A DNA stretch of 64,000 nucleotides, from the NCBI GenBank assembly GCA_910588165.1, contig CAJUOR010000001.1, positions 5,433 to 69,432 on the forward strand, in the 5' to 3' direction. This document shows positions 1 to 9,088 of the stretch, in pieces. This DNA comes from an uncultured Thomasclavelia sp. GTDB taxonomy: Bacteria; Bacillota_I; Bacilli_A; Erysipelotrichales; Coprobacillaceae. Each line of letters starts with the position of its first letter. Position 1 is the first letter of the stretch. Under the pieces are notes generated by a model, which did not search any database, had not been told where the DNA came from, and saw only the letters and a list, made by a program, of their open reading frames with translations. Made by a program: the position numbers and the translations under genes.

Positions 1-1070
1 TTTGTTTCTTCACTCATAGGTGTATCCATCAATTCCTCATAAAAAGAAGTAAATAAAGCTAAAGGACTTAAAGTTGCCATGTGTTTAAGCTCATGGTGCA
101 GTTTACTTTTAGGTAGGGCGTTTAATTTTTTATAACTTAAACCTAATAAGTGGCTGTAAACATCTCTAGCCCGATCGGCAGCATTGACTTGCAAGGTTTC
201 ATCTAATAGTGTTAAGAAAACATATTGGTCGTTTTTAGGCTCTGCCAATAAATCGTTTAAGTGCCCTTCTTTGACAATTAAATCACGTTTGGCAACAACC
301 GGTAAGGTTTCAACCCTAACCATGCCTTTATCTCTTAAATCAATCATCATCAAGCCTTTTTTCTGCTTTGCCTCATCTATAGATAAACGCAAAGGACTTC
401 CGGCGTAATAGATTTCTTTTTGATTAACACGATGGCAAGCATGAAGATGCCCTAAAGCGACATAATCCAAACCGTCAAAGCATTGCGGACTCACCCATTC
501 AAGCCCTGCCACATCATCAACCCCCATGCCACCGATACAAGTCAGATGACCGATAAGGACATTGCGTTGACTAAAATCAAACCTTTGCCTAGCCATATAT
601 TCTTTCACTAAGCTATCTAAACTGATATGCTTATCCTCAATACCTAAAACAGCTTTCAATTCACTTTTAGTAAAATAAGGTAACATATAAAAATTCACAT
701 CGCCCTCATCATCTTGATAAGTTACTTTTTTTAATTGTCCTGTTATCTCTGTTACAATATGCAATCCTTTTTTTTCTAAGATGCCACTGCCGAAGTTTAA
801 ACGTGAAGCACTGTCATGATTACCGCTAATCAAAAGCACTTTGACTTGACACTCATTAACTAACCGCTCTAAGAATTCATTTAATAAATTAACGGCTTCC
901 ACACTTGGAATCGCTCGGTCATACACATCACCGGCAATCATCACTAAATCAATAGCTTCTTTATGAATGGTTTCATAAATAGATTCAAATAAATATTGTT
1001 GATCATCAATTAACGAATAGCCGTAAAGCATTTTGCCGATATGTAAATCTGCTAAATGTAAAAGTTTCAT
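1..1070 (-). CDS. sbcD: Exonuclease SbcD (Mre11-type metallophosphoesterase); C-terminal end lies beyond window start
   Basis: Not in ORF track (no stop in window). Reverse strand from ATG 1070..1068 reads MKLLHLADLHIGKMLYG..., followed by AGDVYDR, SGNHDS and GHLH phosphoesterase motifs. Start overlaps the stop of the upstream GNAT gene (ATGA). Confidence 0.85.
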   Translation of the reverse strand, partial: MKLLHLADLHIGKMLYGYSLIDDQQYLFESIYETIHKEAIDLVMIAGDVYDRAIPSVEAVNLLNEFLERLVNECQVKVLLISGNHDSASRLNFGSGILEKKGLHIVTEITGQLKKVTYQDDEGDVNFYMLPYFTKSELKAVLGIEDKHISLDSLVKEYMARQRFDFSQRNVLIGHLTCIGGMGVDDVAGLEWVSPQCFDGLDYVALGHLHACHRVNQKEIYYAGSPLRLSIDEAKQKKGLMMIDLRDKGMVRVETLPVVAKRDLIVKEGHLNDLLAEPKNDQYVFLTLLDETLQVNAADRARDVYSHLLGLSYKKLNALPKSKLHHELKHMATLSPLALFTSFYEELMDTPMSEET

Positions 1071-1477
1071 TTGTTCACCTCAATTTCATAAATCCATAAT
1101 CCATCTTCTACCTGATATTCTGCATCTTGGACGTCTTGGTCTAAATATTTTGTGATAATCGGTAATTTCTCTACCGTCTTTTGCGAAGCGATATTATGAT
1201 AAGCGACACTGATTCTTAATTGGCGAAAGCCCTCATCATAAAGTAAGGGCATCAATAAACACAAGCCTTGATAGGCATAACCGTGTCCTCGATATATCTC
1301 ATCAATATGATAGCCGATATGCCCGCAATATTTTAATTGTTCATTGGTTCCATATCTAAAAACAATTCTTCCGACCTCAACATCATTATCCAAACAGATG
1401 GCATAAATGATGTAGTCCCATGGAATCGTTTGATTCTTTTGAACATAAGTGTCTTTTTTCAGCTTCACTTTTCCCAC
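1067..1477 (-). CDS. GNAT family N-acetyltransferase
   Basis: 136 aa. RGHGYAYQGL acetyl-CoA-binding-type motif and GNAT-like size. Confidence 0.6.
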   Translation of the reverse strand: MGKVKLKKDTYVQKNQTIPWDYIIYAICLDNDVEVGRIVFRYGTNEQLKYCGHIGYHIDEIYRGHGYAYQGLCLLMPLLYDEGFRQLRISVAYHNIASQKTVEKLPIITKYLDQDVQDAEYQVEDGLWIYEIEVNK

Positions 1478-1600
1478 CTCTGATTTTATTATAACACGCT
1501 TGCCTCTAACTTGCTATGAAGGTTGAAAAGATTTCGTATGTTTTACTTGCATACCACCTAAATCTTTGTTATGTTTAAAGTTAAGGAAAGGAGTATGTAT

Positions 1601-2095
1601 ATGAATACAGTCGCAAAATTTGAAAAAGTATCTTTTGAACAATATGCTAAAGATGTTGAAAAAGCTGATGAAATCTATGAAAATATTCAATTACCCCAAC
1701 GTGCTACGAAAGGCAGTGCCGGTTACGACTTCTATATGCCTTATGATTTAACATTAGTGCCGGGGCAAACCGCTAAAATCCCTACAGGCATTCGAGCTAA
1801 AATCGCTGATGGTTGGGTTCTATGCTTATTTCCAAGAAGCGGTTTAGGTTTCAAGTACCGCCTCCAGCTCAATAATACTGTCGGTATTATCGATGCCGAT
1901 TATTATCTTTCTGATAACGAAGGACATATCTTCGCTAAAATTACCAACGACTCTAATGAGGGTAAAACATTGACCTTAAAACAAGGGGAAGGCTTTATGC
2001 AAGGAATTTTTATGCCTTTCGGTTTAGCCGAAGATGACAATGTCCAAACCATTCGCAACGGTGGTTTTGGCAGTACAACTAAAAAAGGAGAATAA
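1601..2095 (+). CDS. dut: dUTP diphosphatase
   Basis: GSAGYDFY, PRSGLG and GIIDADY dUTPase motifs. Start moved to ATG 1601, 7 nt after the AAGGAAAGGAG RBS. Confidence 0.85.
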   Translation: MNTVAKFEKVSFEQYAKDVEKADEIYENIQLPQRATKGSAGYDFYMPYDLTLVPGQTAKIPTGIRAKIADGWVLCLFPRSGLGFKYRLQLNNTVGIIDADYYLSDNEGHIFAKITNDSNEGKTLTLKQGEGFMQGIFMPFGLAEDDNVQTIRNGGFGSTTKKGE

Positions 2096-2099
2096 ATTG

Positions 2100-2351
2100 A
2101 TGTTAGAATATAAATTTGATACCCAACTGTTGATTAGCGGCACCAATCTTTCAAAGGAAGCCATCAATGATTATATTACGCAAAATATTGAAGGTGACTG
2201 TCTTTTAGCGGTTGGTGATGATGAGTTGATTAAAATTCACTTCCACACCAATACACCTTGGAAAGTTTTGGAATATGGGGCAAGTTTAGGTGATATTTTT
2301 GATGTAGTGGTTGAAAACATGGAGCGACAAGCTCAAGGATTAAAAGGTTAG
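2100..2351 (+). CDS. Stand-alone 83-aa protein homologous to the middle domain of fatty acid kinase FakA (YloV/DAK2-fusion family)
   Basis: GDCLLAVGDDELIKIHFHTNTPWKVLEYGASLGDIFDVVVENMERQ aligns with B. subtilis YloV [59 protein letters not shown] lies 9 nt upstream of ATG 2100; a terminator follows. Confidence 0.7.
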   Translation: MLEYKFDTQLLISGTNLSKEAINDYITQNIEGDCLLAVGDDELIKIHFHTNTPWKVLEYGASLGDIFDVVVENMERQAQGLKG

Positions 2352-2357
2352 ATATAC

Positions 2358-2390
2358 AAAAAGTGGTTTTACAGAAGTAAACCACTTTTT
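2358..2390. terminator. Bidirectional Rho-independent terminator between the FakA-like mini gene and aroK
   Basis: AAAAAGTGGTTT-loop-AAACCACTTTTT perfect hairpin flanked by A and T tracts. Confidence 0.8.
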
Positions 2391-2433
2391 ATAATGTTAA
2401 GCCATCTAAATTATTTCAACTCAACAGTCTTTT

Positions 2434-2925
2434 TTAAGAAGGCAAAACCTCCAAAATTTCCTTGACTGTATTTTCAATTGTTCCGTTATTATCAACAATA
2501 GCATCAGAAAACAAGGCATATAAATCTTTTCGGGCTTCATACAAATCCAGAATTTTCTCTTTCCCCTCTTTAAGTAGCGGACGTCCTTGAATGTCCACAC
2601 CAGCCATAATCTTATCCAAATCCCGCTGTAACCAAATCACAAACCCATTTTCCTTCAAATACAACATATTGATTGCCTTTAGGACAACGCCACCACCGCA
2701 TGAGAAAATCGTATCTTCCCTATTTTTCAAAAGAAAACAGATCTCTGTTTCTTTTTCTCTGAAAAAAGGCTCACCTAAGCGAAACATCTCAGGGATACTC
2801 ATTTTAAAATAATCCGTTAAATAATCATCTAAATCAATCAACTCATAGGGTATTTTTTTGGCTAAGACTTGCGAAATCGTCGTTTTTCCACAACCGGGCA
2901 TACCTATCAAAACAATATTTTTCAT
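2434..2925 (-). CDS. aroK: Shikimate kinase
   Basis: GMPGCGKTT P-loop, 163 aa, last gene of the aro operon. Confidence 0.85.
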   Translation of the reverse strand: MKNIVLIGMPGCGKTTISQVLAKKIPYELIDLDDYLTDYFKMSIPEMFRLGEPFFREKETEICFLLKNREDTIFSCGGGVVLKAINMLYLKENGFVIWLQRDLDKIMAGVDIQGRPLLKEGKEKILDLYEARKDLYALFSDAIVDNNGTIENTVKEILEVLPS

Positions 2926-3185
2926 TTTTCCATTTCTTCTTTTTGTAAAGCTTTAGACAAATCCATCAATTCTTTTAAAAATCTTTCACAAGCTTCTTGA
3001 TATTGACGTGAAGCGCATAGATCAGTCATCAACCGCTTTTCTCTTTCCGGTTGAAAAATAGGCATCTGATGTTCCTTTTTATAACGAGCGACTTCCTTTG
3101 AAAGCTCAAGTCTTTTTTCCAATAAGTCTAGCATCTCTTTGGTAATAGCTTCAATCTCTTGACGATATTTCTCTAAATCATTCAT
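2922..3185 (-). CDS. Chorismate mutase (AroQ-type, monofunctional)
   Basis: 87 aa helical protein with an RLELSKEVARYKK-type motif. Sits between aroC and aroK with overlapping stops and starts. Confidence 0.7.
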   Translation of the reverse strand: MNDLEKYRQEIEAITKEMLDLLEKRLELSKEVARYKKEHQMPIFQPEREKRLMTDLCASRQYQEACERFLKELMDLSKALQKEEMEK

Positions 3186-4236
3186 ACATAATCTCCTTTA
3201 AATTTTCAAAATTTCCATACGTTTCCAATAACAAATCATAAATAACTAATGCCCCGCAAGCCTCTATGATAGGCAATGCCCTAAGCCCGATACAACGGTC
3301 ATGGCGTCCTTTAATTTGGATTTCTTTGACGCTTTGACTGACTGCATCATAGCTTAGTTGAGGCTTGGCAATAGAGGCGGTCGGCTTTAAATAAGTTTCA
3401 AAAACAAGTGGCATTCCCGTTGTTAAGCCTCCTAAAATCCCACCATTATGGTTGGTTGTGGTTTTCAAATTTTCATCATAACAATCATTCATTTGCGAAC
3501 CCAAACTTTCCGGCATTTGAATGGCATCACCAAACATCACGCCTTTAACTCCCGGTACGCTAAACAGTAAGTGACTTAGTCTACTTTCGACTGAATCAAA
3601 TAGCGGCTCCCCAATCCCAACCGGTAGACCATCAATCAAACATTCGATTTTTGCCCCCACTGAGTCGCCTTCTAAAGTATCTAAATAAGCAAAAACTTCT
3701 TTTGGAATCTCCGTTTCTTGATGTGATGCTGTTTTCTCACAAGGATTATATCTATCAAAAGTCAAAGCTCCGACCTGTGTTAAATGAGAGGCAACATGAA
3801 TATGACATTGAGCCAATAAATCTTTGGCAATGGCACCGGCATAAACTAAAGGTAATGTCAAGCGAGCACTGAATTGTCCGCCACCCCTGGCATCATTAAA
3901 TCCTTTATATTTGATATAAGCCGGATAGTCACTATGTGATGGGCGAAACATCTTCGGATAATCTTGTGAGCGGGTATCCCCATTTTTAAAAATAACAGTT
4001 AAGGCACTTCCTGTAAAAGTATCATGATAAAGTCCGCAAAGAACTTGAGGTTCATCTTTTTCTAAGCGTTGCGTTGTGCCTTTTTGTCCCGGAGCACGTC
4101 TTTTTAGTTGTTGTTCAATCATCTGTTGAGGATAAGCATATCCGCTAGGCAATCCTTCTATCACAACCCCAACGGCTTTTTGATGACTTTCACCAAAGAC
4201 AGTTACTTTAAAATTTTTACCAAAGCTATAACTCAT
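3178..4236 (-). CDS. aroC: Chorismate synthase
   Basis: GESHG-like start (FGESHQKAVGVVIEGLP), RPSHSDY and GGGQFSAR motifs. Confidence 0.9.
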   Translation of the reverse strand: MSYSFGKNFKVTVFGESHQKAVGVVIEGLPSGYAYPQQMIEQQLKRRAPGQKGTTQRLEKDEPQVLCGLYHDTFTGSALTVIFKNGDTRSQDYPKMFRPSHSDYPAYIKYKGFNDARGGGQFSARLTLPLVYAGAIAKDLLAQCHIHVASHLTQVGALTFDRYNPCEKTASHQETEIPKEVFAYLDTLEGDSVGAKIECLIDGLPVGIGEPLFDSVESRLSHLLFSVPGVKGVMFGDAIQMPESLGSQMNDCYDENLKTTTNHNGGILGGLTTGMPLVFETYLKPTASIAKPQLSYDAVSQSVKEIQIKGRHDRCIGLRALPIIEACGALVIYDLLLETYGNFENLKEIMYE

Positions 4237-5428
4237 GCATTTTCCCTCCTAACATCTGATAGTCGTGATAAAACTTAGGCCATGACTTCGCCACACAATC
4301 CCCTTCAAGCAAAACCGTTTCTCCTTCTGCCACACTGGCGGCAATCGCAACCATCATGGCAATTCGATGATCTTGATAGCTTGAGATTTGAGCCCCTTTT
4401 AATTTTTTGACCCCTCTAATCATTAAACCATCTTCCATCATTTGAATATCCGCCCCCATCGCTTTTAATGCCCTATATGTCGATTCCAAACGATTAGATT
4501 CCTTATCCTTCAACCGCTTAGCGTGCGTTAGCTCATAGCGATAAGGGCTAAGTGCCAGTGCTAAACTTAAAATCGGTACAAGATCAGGCATATCCTTGAC
4601 ATTGATAGACACATCTTGTGTTTGGATTTCATCTAAGATATCAAAAATCTTAGCATCAGCTTGATATTGTGTTTCAAAATTCTGCCAACTGATTTCATGC
4701 CCTAAGTAATTAGCCACTGCCAAAAAAGCTAACGATGAAGCATCATACTCATTTAAAGTATCTTCAAACCGATATGACTGCAAACCGCTAATGTGATAAG
4801 TTTCTTGATGCTGTTCAATTTTGAGATGAGCTGCTCTTAAAATCGAAGTCGTTAAAGCGATATAAGGTTTAGAAACCCGTCCGTTTTGAATAGTTAAAAT
4901 AGAGTCTTGGTTCAATAAAGGTAAAGCCATCAACATACCACTAATAAACTGCGAGCTGGAAGAACCATCTAAAACATAATGTCCCCCAGTTAACTTCCCT
5001 GTAACGATTAAGCGATGCCCTTGGTAAGCAAAAGTCGCTTGCCCTTTCAAAGCTTCAATATATGGAGCGATAGAACGCCTAGCTAAGCTATCAGCCATTT
5101 CAAACACATAAGTGCCCGCTTGTGTCAAACAGATAGGAATTAAAAAACGCAAAGTCGAAGCCGAAGCCTCAACACACATACAGGGGTTATCAGCGTGAAA
5201 CAAGCGACTGCCATCAAGCCATAGATTTTGATTTTGCCATTGGTATTGACCGCCTAATGCCTTTAAAGCTTCGAGGGTTGCGATTGTATCATCACATTTT
5301 AACACATGGCTTAAAACCATTTCTCTTTTCGACAACATTCCCGCAATAATGCGACGATGGGAAAGACTTTTACTCGATGGTAAATCAACTTGCCCTTTCA
5401 GATGACTTGGATAAAATATGTAATTCAC
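4226..5428 (-). CDS. aroA: 3-phosphoshikimate 1-carboxyvinyltransferase (EPSP synthase)
   Basis: LPSSKSLSHR, DHRIAMM and KESNR motifs. Non-ATG (GTG) start, so the exact start is uncertain. Confidence 0.9.
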   Translation of the reverse strand: MNYIFYPSHLKGQVDLPSSKSLSHRRIIAGMLSKREMVLSHVLKCDDTIATLEALKALGGQYQWQNQNLWLDGSRLFHADNPCMCVEASASTLRFLIPICLTQAGTYVFEMADSLARRSIAPYIEALKGQATFAYQGHRLIVTGKLTGGHYVLDGSSSSQFISGMLMALPLLNQDSILTIQNGRVSKPYIALTTSILRAAHLKIEQHQETYHISGLQSYRFEDTLNEYDASSLAFLAVANYLGHEISWQNFETQYQADAKIFDILDEIQTQDVSINVKDMPDLVPILSLALALSPYRYELTHAKRLKDKESNRLESTYRALKAMGADIQMMEDGLMIRGVKKLKGAQISSYQDHRIAMMVAIAASVAEGETVLLEGDCVAKSWPKFYHDYQMLGGKMHEL

Positions 5429-5451
5429 ACCATCACCGCTTTCTTTTTTTC

Positions 5452-5480
5452 ATTCTACCTTGATGCTGTGATTTTGTCAA
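5452..5480 (-). promoter_or_regulatory. Sigma-A type promoter of the aro operon
   Basis: On the minus strand, TTGACA-17 nt-TAGAAT about 25 nt upstream of the aroA start. Confidence 0.5.
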
Positions 5481-5632
5481 ACACTATCAAAAAAAGCCAA
5501 AATACCCTAGATTTTATTATCATACTTTTTCCAAGTCTAAATGTTTATCTTAACATTGGACTACCTCATTTAATTTCCATAGCCATATTTTTAGAGATGT
5601 GGTAAAATAAGGTAAGTAAAGAAGGTGAAGTA

Positions 5633-6538
5633 ATGAAATGCTTATTGATAATCAATCCAACCTCCGGTCGCCAAAACATGACCTCTCAACTTGAAAAAAT
5701 AGCAGGTAAATTGATTCTAAATAAATTAGTCAGACAATTTGAAATCTATTATACGCAAGGTGCTAATGATGCTTTTGAATACACTCAAAAGTTAAAGAAG
5801 AAACAATATGATTTCATAATTGTCGTAGGGGGCGATGGAACAGTCAACGAAGTTATCGGTGGTCTAATTGAAAGCCAGGCAGATATTCCGTTAGCCATTA
5901 TGCCGGCAGGAACTGTCAACGATTTTGCCACTTACCTAAAACTGCCTAAGAGTACCGATGCCTTTGTGTCAATGATTGAAAATTTTGAATTACAAGAAGT
6001 TGATATTGGGCGTATCTCTAACCAATACTTTGCCAATGTCGTGGCAGGCGGTGCCTTTAGCGATGTCAGCTTGCGTGTTTCAAAACCTAAAAAAGCCCGC
6101 TTAGGCTCTCTAGCCTACTATTTAGAAGGAATTTTATCTATCCCCGAATTATTTAAAACCGAACTGGACTTATCGATTAGAGCTGATGACAAAACCTTTC
6201 ATGAAAAAGCCTTAATATTTTTGATTTCCAATACCAAAAGTGTCGGTGGTTTTAAACAGATTGCCTCACAAGCTGACGTTAGCGACGGTGTTTTTGACAT
6301 CTTAGTTATTCGGAAATGTGAGATTACCGATATGATTGCCTTATCTAAAGACATTCTATTGAATAAGCATATCGATAGCCCTTTTTTAAATTACTTTCAG
6401 GCAAGTCACATCGAAATTGATGCCTTACAAAAAGATTTACCTCTTGATATCGACGGAGAGAAAGGTCCAAATCTTCCGATTGTGATTGATAATATTCCTA
6501 AAGCTTTAAAAATTATTGTTCCAAGGAAAAAGAAATAA
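5633..6538 (+). CDS. Diacylglycerol/lipid kinase (YegS/BmrU/DagK family)
   Basis: VVGGDGTVNEV catalytic motif, 301 aa. Confidence 0.8.
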   Translation: MKCLLIINPTSGRQNMTSQLEKIAGKLILNKLVRQFEIYYTQGANDAFEYTQKLKKKQYDFIIVVGGDGTVNEVIGGLIESQADIPLAIMPAGTVNDFATYLKLPKSTDAFVSMIENFELQEVDIGRISNQYFANVVAGGAFSDVSLRVSKPKKARLGSLAYYLEGILSIPELFKTELDLSIRADDKTFHEKALIFLISNTKSVGGFKQIASQADVSDGVFDILVIRKCEITDMIALSKDILLNKHIDSPFLNYFQASHIEIDALQKDLPLDIDGEKGPNLPIVIDNIPKALKIIVPRKKK

Positions 6539-7089
6539 TGTGCGGTCGCTATTTTATCTTAGCTAATCACCCTAAGCTAACTGAAATCATTGAAAAAGCT
6601 CAAAAAGCAAGTCCCTCCGTCCCTTTCCAATTAGGCGAAGTCTTTCCCGGTACAAAGGCACCAATCCTCATAGGACATCAACACAAAATATATGCCCGTT
6701 TTGCCCATTGGGGGTTGTACCATAAAATTATCAATGCCAGACAAGAAACTTTGCTTAGCAAGCCTGTTTTCGCAAGAGATTTTGAAAAAAGGCGTGCACT
6801 TGTGCCTGTCAGCGGTTTTTATGAGTGGAATCAGCACAAAAAACGCTATTGCTTTGTCCACCAAGAAGAACCTATTCTATACTTAGCTGCCATCTATAAT
6901 GAAAATCACGAATTTACCATTATCACCACCGATGCCAAAGCACCCGTCCAAGCAATTCATCATCGTATGCCCGTCATTATTTGTCCTCACGATATACAAA
7001 AATGGCTCTTTGACACCTCAAAAGCTATGGAAATGTTAAAAGAGAGTTACCTTGATTTAAAAATAAAAGAAGAAGTCACTTCATCATAG
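6538..7089 (+). CDS. SOS response-associated peptidase (SRAP/YedK, abasic-site processing)
   Basis: N-terminal MCGRY with catalytic Cys2; FYEW and HHRMPVI motifs. ATGA-type junction with the upstream kinase gene. Confidence 0.8.
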   Translation: MCGRYFILANHPKLTEIIEKAQKASPSVPFQLGEVFPGTKAPILIGHQHKIYARFAHWGLYHKIINARQETLLSKPVFARDFEKRRALVPVSGFYEWNQHKKRYCFVHQEEPILYLAAIYNENHEFTIITTDAKAPVQAIHHRMPVIICPHDIQKWLFDTSKAMEMLKESYLDLKIKEEVTSS

Positions 7090-7109
7090 AAAGCGACTTC
7101 TTCTTTTTT
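7065..7109. terminator. Bidirectional terminator between the SRAP gene and trxA
   Basis: AAAAGAAGAAGTC-loop-GACTTCTTCTTTTTT hairpin spanning the SRAP stop codon. Confidence 0.65.
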
Positions 7110-7111
7110 GG

Positions 7112-7420
7112 TTACAAATAAGCATTCAATAATTCTTCAATTTGAGGGGCACCCGCAAAGCCTACATGCGTCTTCATCGGTTGTCCGTCTTTAAAGACAA
7201 TCATCGTCGGAATAGCTTGCACCCCAAACTTAGCAGCTAAAGCATTTGATTGGTCAACATCTACTTTATAGATGCTTGCACGCCCTTCGTATTGTTCGGC
7301 AAGTTTTTCTAAGATAGGCGCTACCATTTTACAAGGTCCACACCATGTTGCAAAGAAATCTACCAAAACAACACCTGAAGCAATTTTTTCATTAAAATTT
7401 TGTTCATTGATAATTTCCAT
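7112..7420 (-). CDS. trxA: Thioredoxin
   Basis: WCGPCK active site, 102 aa. Confidence 0.92.
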   Translation of the reverse strand: MEIINEQNFNEKIASGVVLVDFFATWCGPCKMVAPILEKLAEQYEGRASIYKVDVDQSNALAAKFGVQAIPTMIVFKDGQPMKTHVGFAGAPQIEELLNAYL

Positions 7421-7477
7421 TATTTATCACCTCATTCATATTATGACAAACTTGCGAAAAATAAACAACTATTTTGC

Positions 7478-9088
7478 TTAAGATTTAAAAGTCTTTTGTA
7501 AAGCTGCGATAATTAACGGTGAACGAAGCATTCTTATATATTCATCAGAAATAAATTCGCCTTGATCATTTTGTTGAGTATTTATTTTATAAATATCGAT
7601 GGCATCATCAGAATAAGAAAGTATCTTTTCGATAAATGCTTTTCTGTCTTTTGAATTGACTTCTATTTCTTCCAATAAATAATTTTTAAACAAATATCGC
7701 TGTTCATCTGTCAAAATCGTGTACTCTTTGTATTCCGGATATACTGCAAAACGCAAATTTTCTTCTCCCTCTAACCGCTCCAAAATATCATATTCGGGCG
7801 CTAAAAGAAACTCAAAGAAATCATCGTCCTCAAGAAACGGTTCTAAAATAGAGAGTAATCGTCCTATACCAAGTGTGTAGCTTCTTTGACTGTAACTATT
7901 AAAGCCCGTTTGATAAGTAATATTGACCCTGGCACTTCCAAGATGATCATAATCGTTATCTTCATCAATTAACTCACTATGAATTTCCCTAACCATCCAA
8001 ATAATCTTTTCGTTCTTCAAAGTATCGGTGTCACTATCCAATATTGAATTTCGTTCATCTATTGCAAGTATAACATTCTCAGGATTTTTAGGAATATAAT
8101 TTTCAATATAGCTCACAGAACCTTGGAAAAAGATAATAATGAAACCACACAGCAAAACACCGTATTTCAAACTATAAAACACCTTAGCATTCTTAGTGAA
8201 AACCATCTCAAAGACATAAACGACAATTAGGCAAGTAATCAGATAGACTAATAAGATATCAAATCTTCCTGTTACCACCTGCATAAAAGCCAAAGCACTG
8301 CTAGCTAATGTTAACGTCATCACAAAACGAATCACATAACCTAAAAGTTTAAAGGCAATACTTTGATGATGAGCTTCCGTATGGCGATACCTGGCTGCAA
8401 CTAATGTAAAAATAAAATAAACAGCCGCAACCCCTAAATAAAAGAGAATATATGCGTAAAGTGTTCCTTCGATTAAATGAAACATTCCACCAAATAATGG
8501 CAGTAATATTTCAATCGTATTAAAACTGAAATTAGCGAAAACATAACCATTAGCTAAAGACACAATAAACCACTGATACACAAAATACAAAATTAATGGT
8601 CCAAAGCTCGCAAATAATACCATAATGACATAAAATAATTTACTACCGCAAATATAACAACATAAAACACACACATGATAGTAATAAAGAAACAAGAAAA
8701 GATAGTGTGTGACTTGCTGAATCCACAAAGCCTGTGTGCCAACTAGAAGTGTTGTTAATGAGCAATAACCTAAAATAACGGTTAAACCAAAGATTAAGCC
8801 CAATAAATACTTGCTGATAAACATTTCCATTCTTGTCACAGGTAAACTAGATACAAAATGAACATTTGTTTCATGATAAAGATGCGGGAATAAAATCAAA
8901 GGAATCGACAAAGTATAAGCTCCCAGCACCACCAAAAACGGTATATCCAAAGTTGAACCATTATCTAAAGGTTTAAATACACCGACATAAAACAACATTA
9001 ATGTGAATAGTAAGATAGATATAAAGGTTGCAAAATAACGATAATATTGTCTAAATGTTTGTCTTTCCAACAATAATAATTTCATCAA
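7478..9088 (-). CDS. Polytopic membrane protein (putative ABC-2-type permease component) with an acidic C-terminal soluble domain of about 200 aa
   Basis: About 330 aa of hydrophobic segments followed by a hydrophilic, D/E-rich domain. Last gene of the GntR-ABC operon; overlaps the upstream gene by 4 nt. Confidence 0.5.
   Translation of the reverse strand: MMKLLLLERQTFRQYYRYFATFISILLFTLMLFYVGVFKPLDNGSTLDIPFLVVLGAYTLSIPLILFPHLYHETNVHFVSSLPVTRMEMFISKYLLGLIFGLTVILGYCSLTTLLVGTQALWIQQVTHYLFLFLYYYHVCVLCCYICGSKLFYVIMVLFASFGPLILYFVYQWFIVSLANGYVFANFSFNTIEILLPLFGGMFHLIEGTLYAYILFYLGVAAVYFIFTLVAARYRHTEAHHQSIAFKLLGYVIRFVMTLTLASSALAFMQVVTGRFDILLVYLITCLIVVYVFEMVFTKNAKVFYSLKYGVLLCGFIIIFFQGSVSYIENYIPKNPENVILAIDERNSILDSDTDTLKNEKIIWMVREIHSELIDEDNDYDHLGSARVNITYQTGFNSYSQRSYTLGIGRLLSILEPFLEDDDFFEFLLAPEYDILERLEGEENLRFAVYPEYKEYTILTDEQRYLFKNYLLEEIEVNSKDRKAFIEKILSYSDDAIDIYKINTQQNDQGEFISDEYIRMLRSPLIIAALQKTFKS

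Noticed and set aside
184-408. Short ORFs antisense to, or nested within, well-supported genes. Examples: 184..408, 2591..2812, 3651..3872, 6631..6864, 6692..6886, 7272..7481, 9166..9420, 11203..11397, 13144..13392, 18054..18338, 19236..19421, 22463..22684, 26799..27287, 28871..29175, 29844..30092, 30861..31046, 36921..37178, 38034..38324, 52221..52445, 53496..54248, 56689..56943, 58530..58893, 59469..59666, 60083..60268, 62899..63165
   Set aside because: All lie inside genes with clear family motifs on the other strand or frame. They lack RBSs and have low-complexity or odd composition, as expected for chance ORFs in AT-rich DNA.
2034-2099. Longer 105-aa version of the FakA-like ORF overlapping the dut 3' end
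   Set aside because: The extension has no RBS and overlaps dut out of frame. ATG 2100 has a canonical RBS, and homology begins there.
5390-5605. 71-aa ORF in the aroA/dagK divergent intergenic region
   Set aside because: It overlaps the aroA start and the TTGACA/TAGAAT promoter, has no RBS, and its hydrophobic composition is typical of translated AT-rich spacer.
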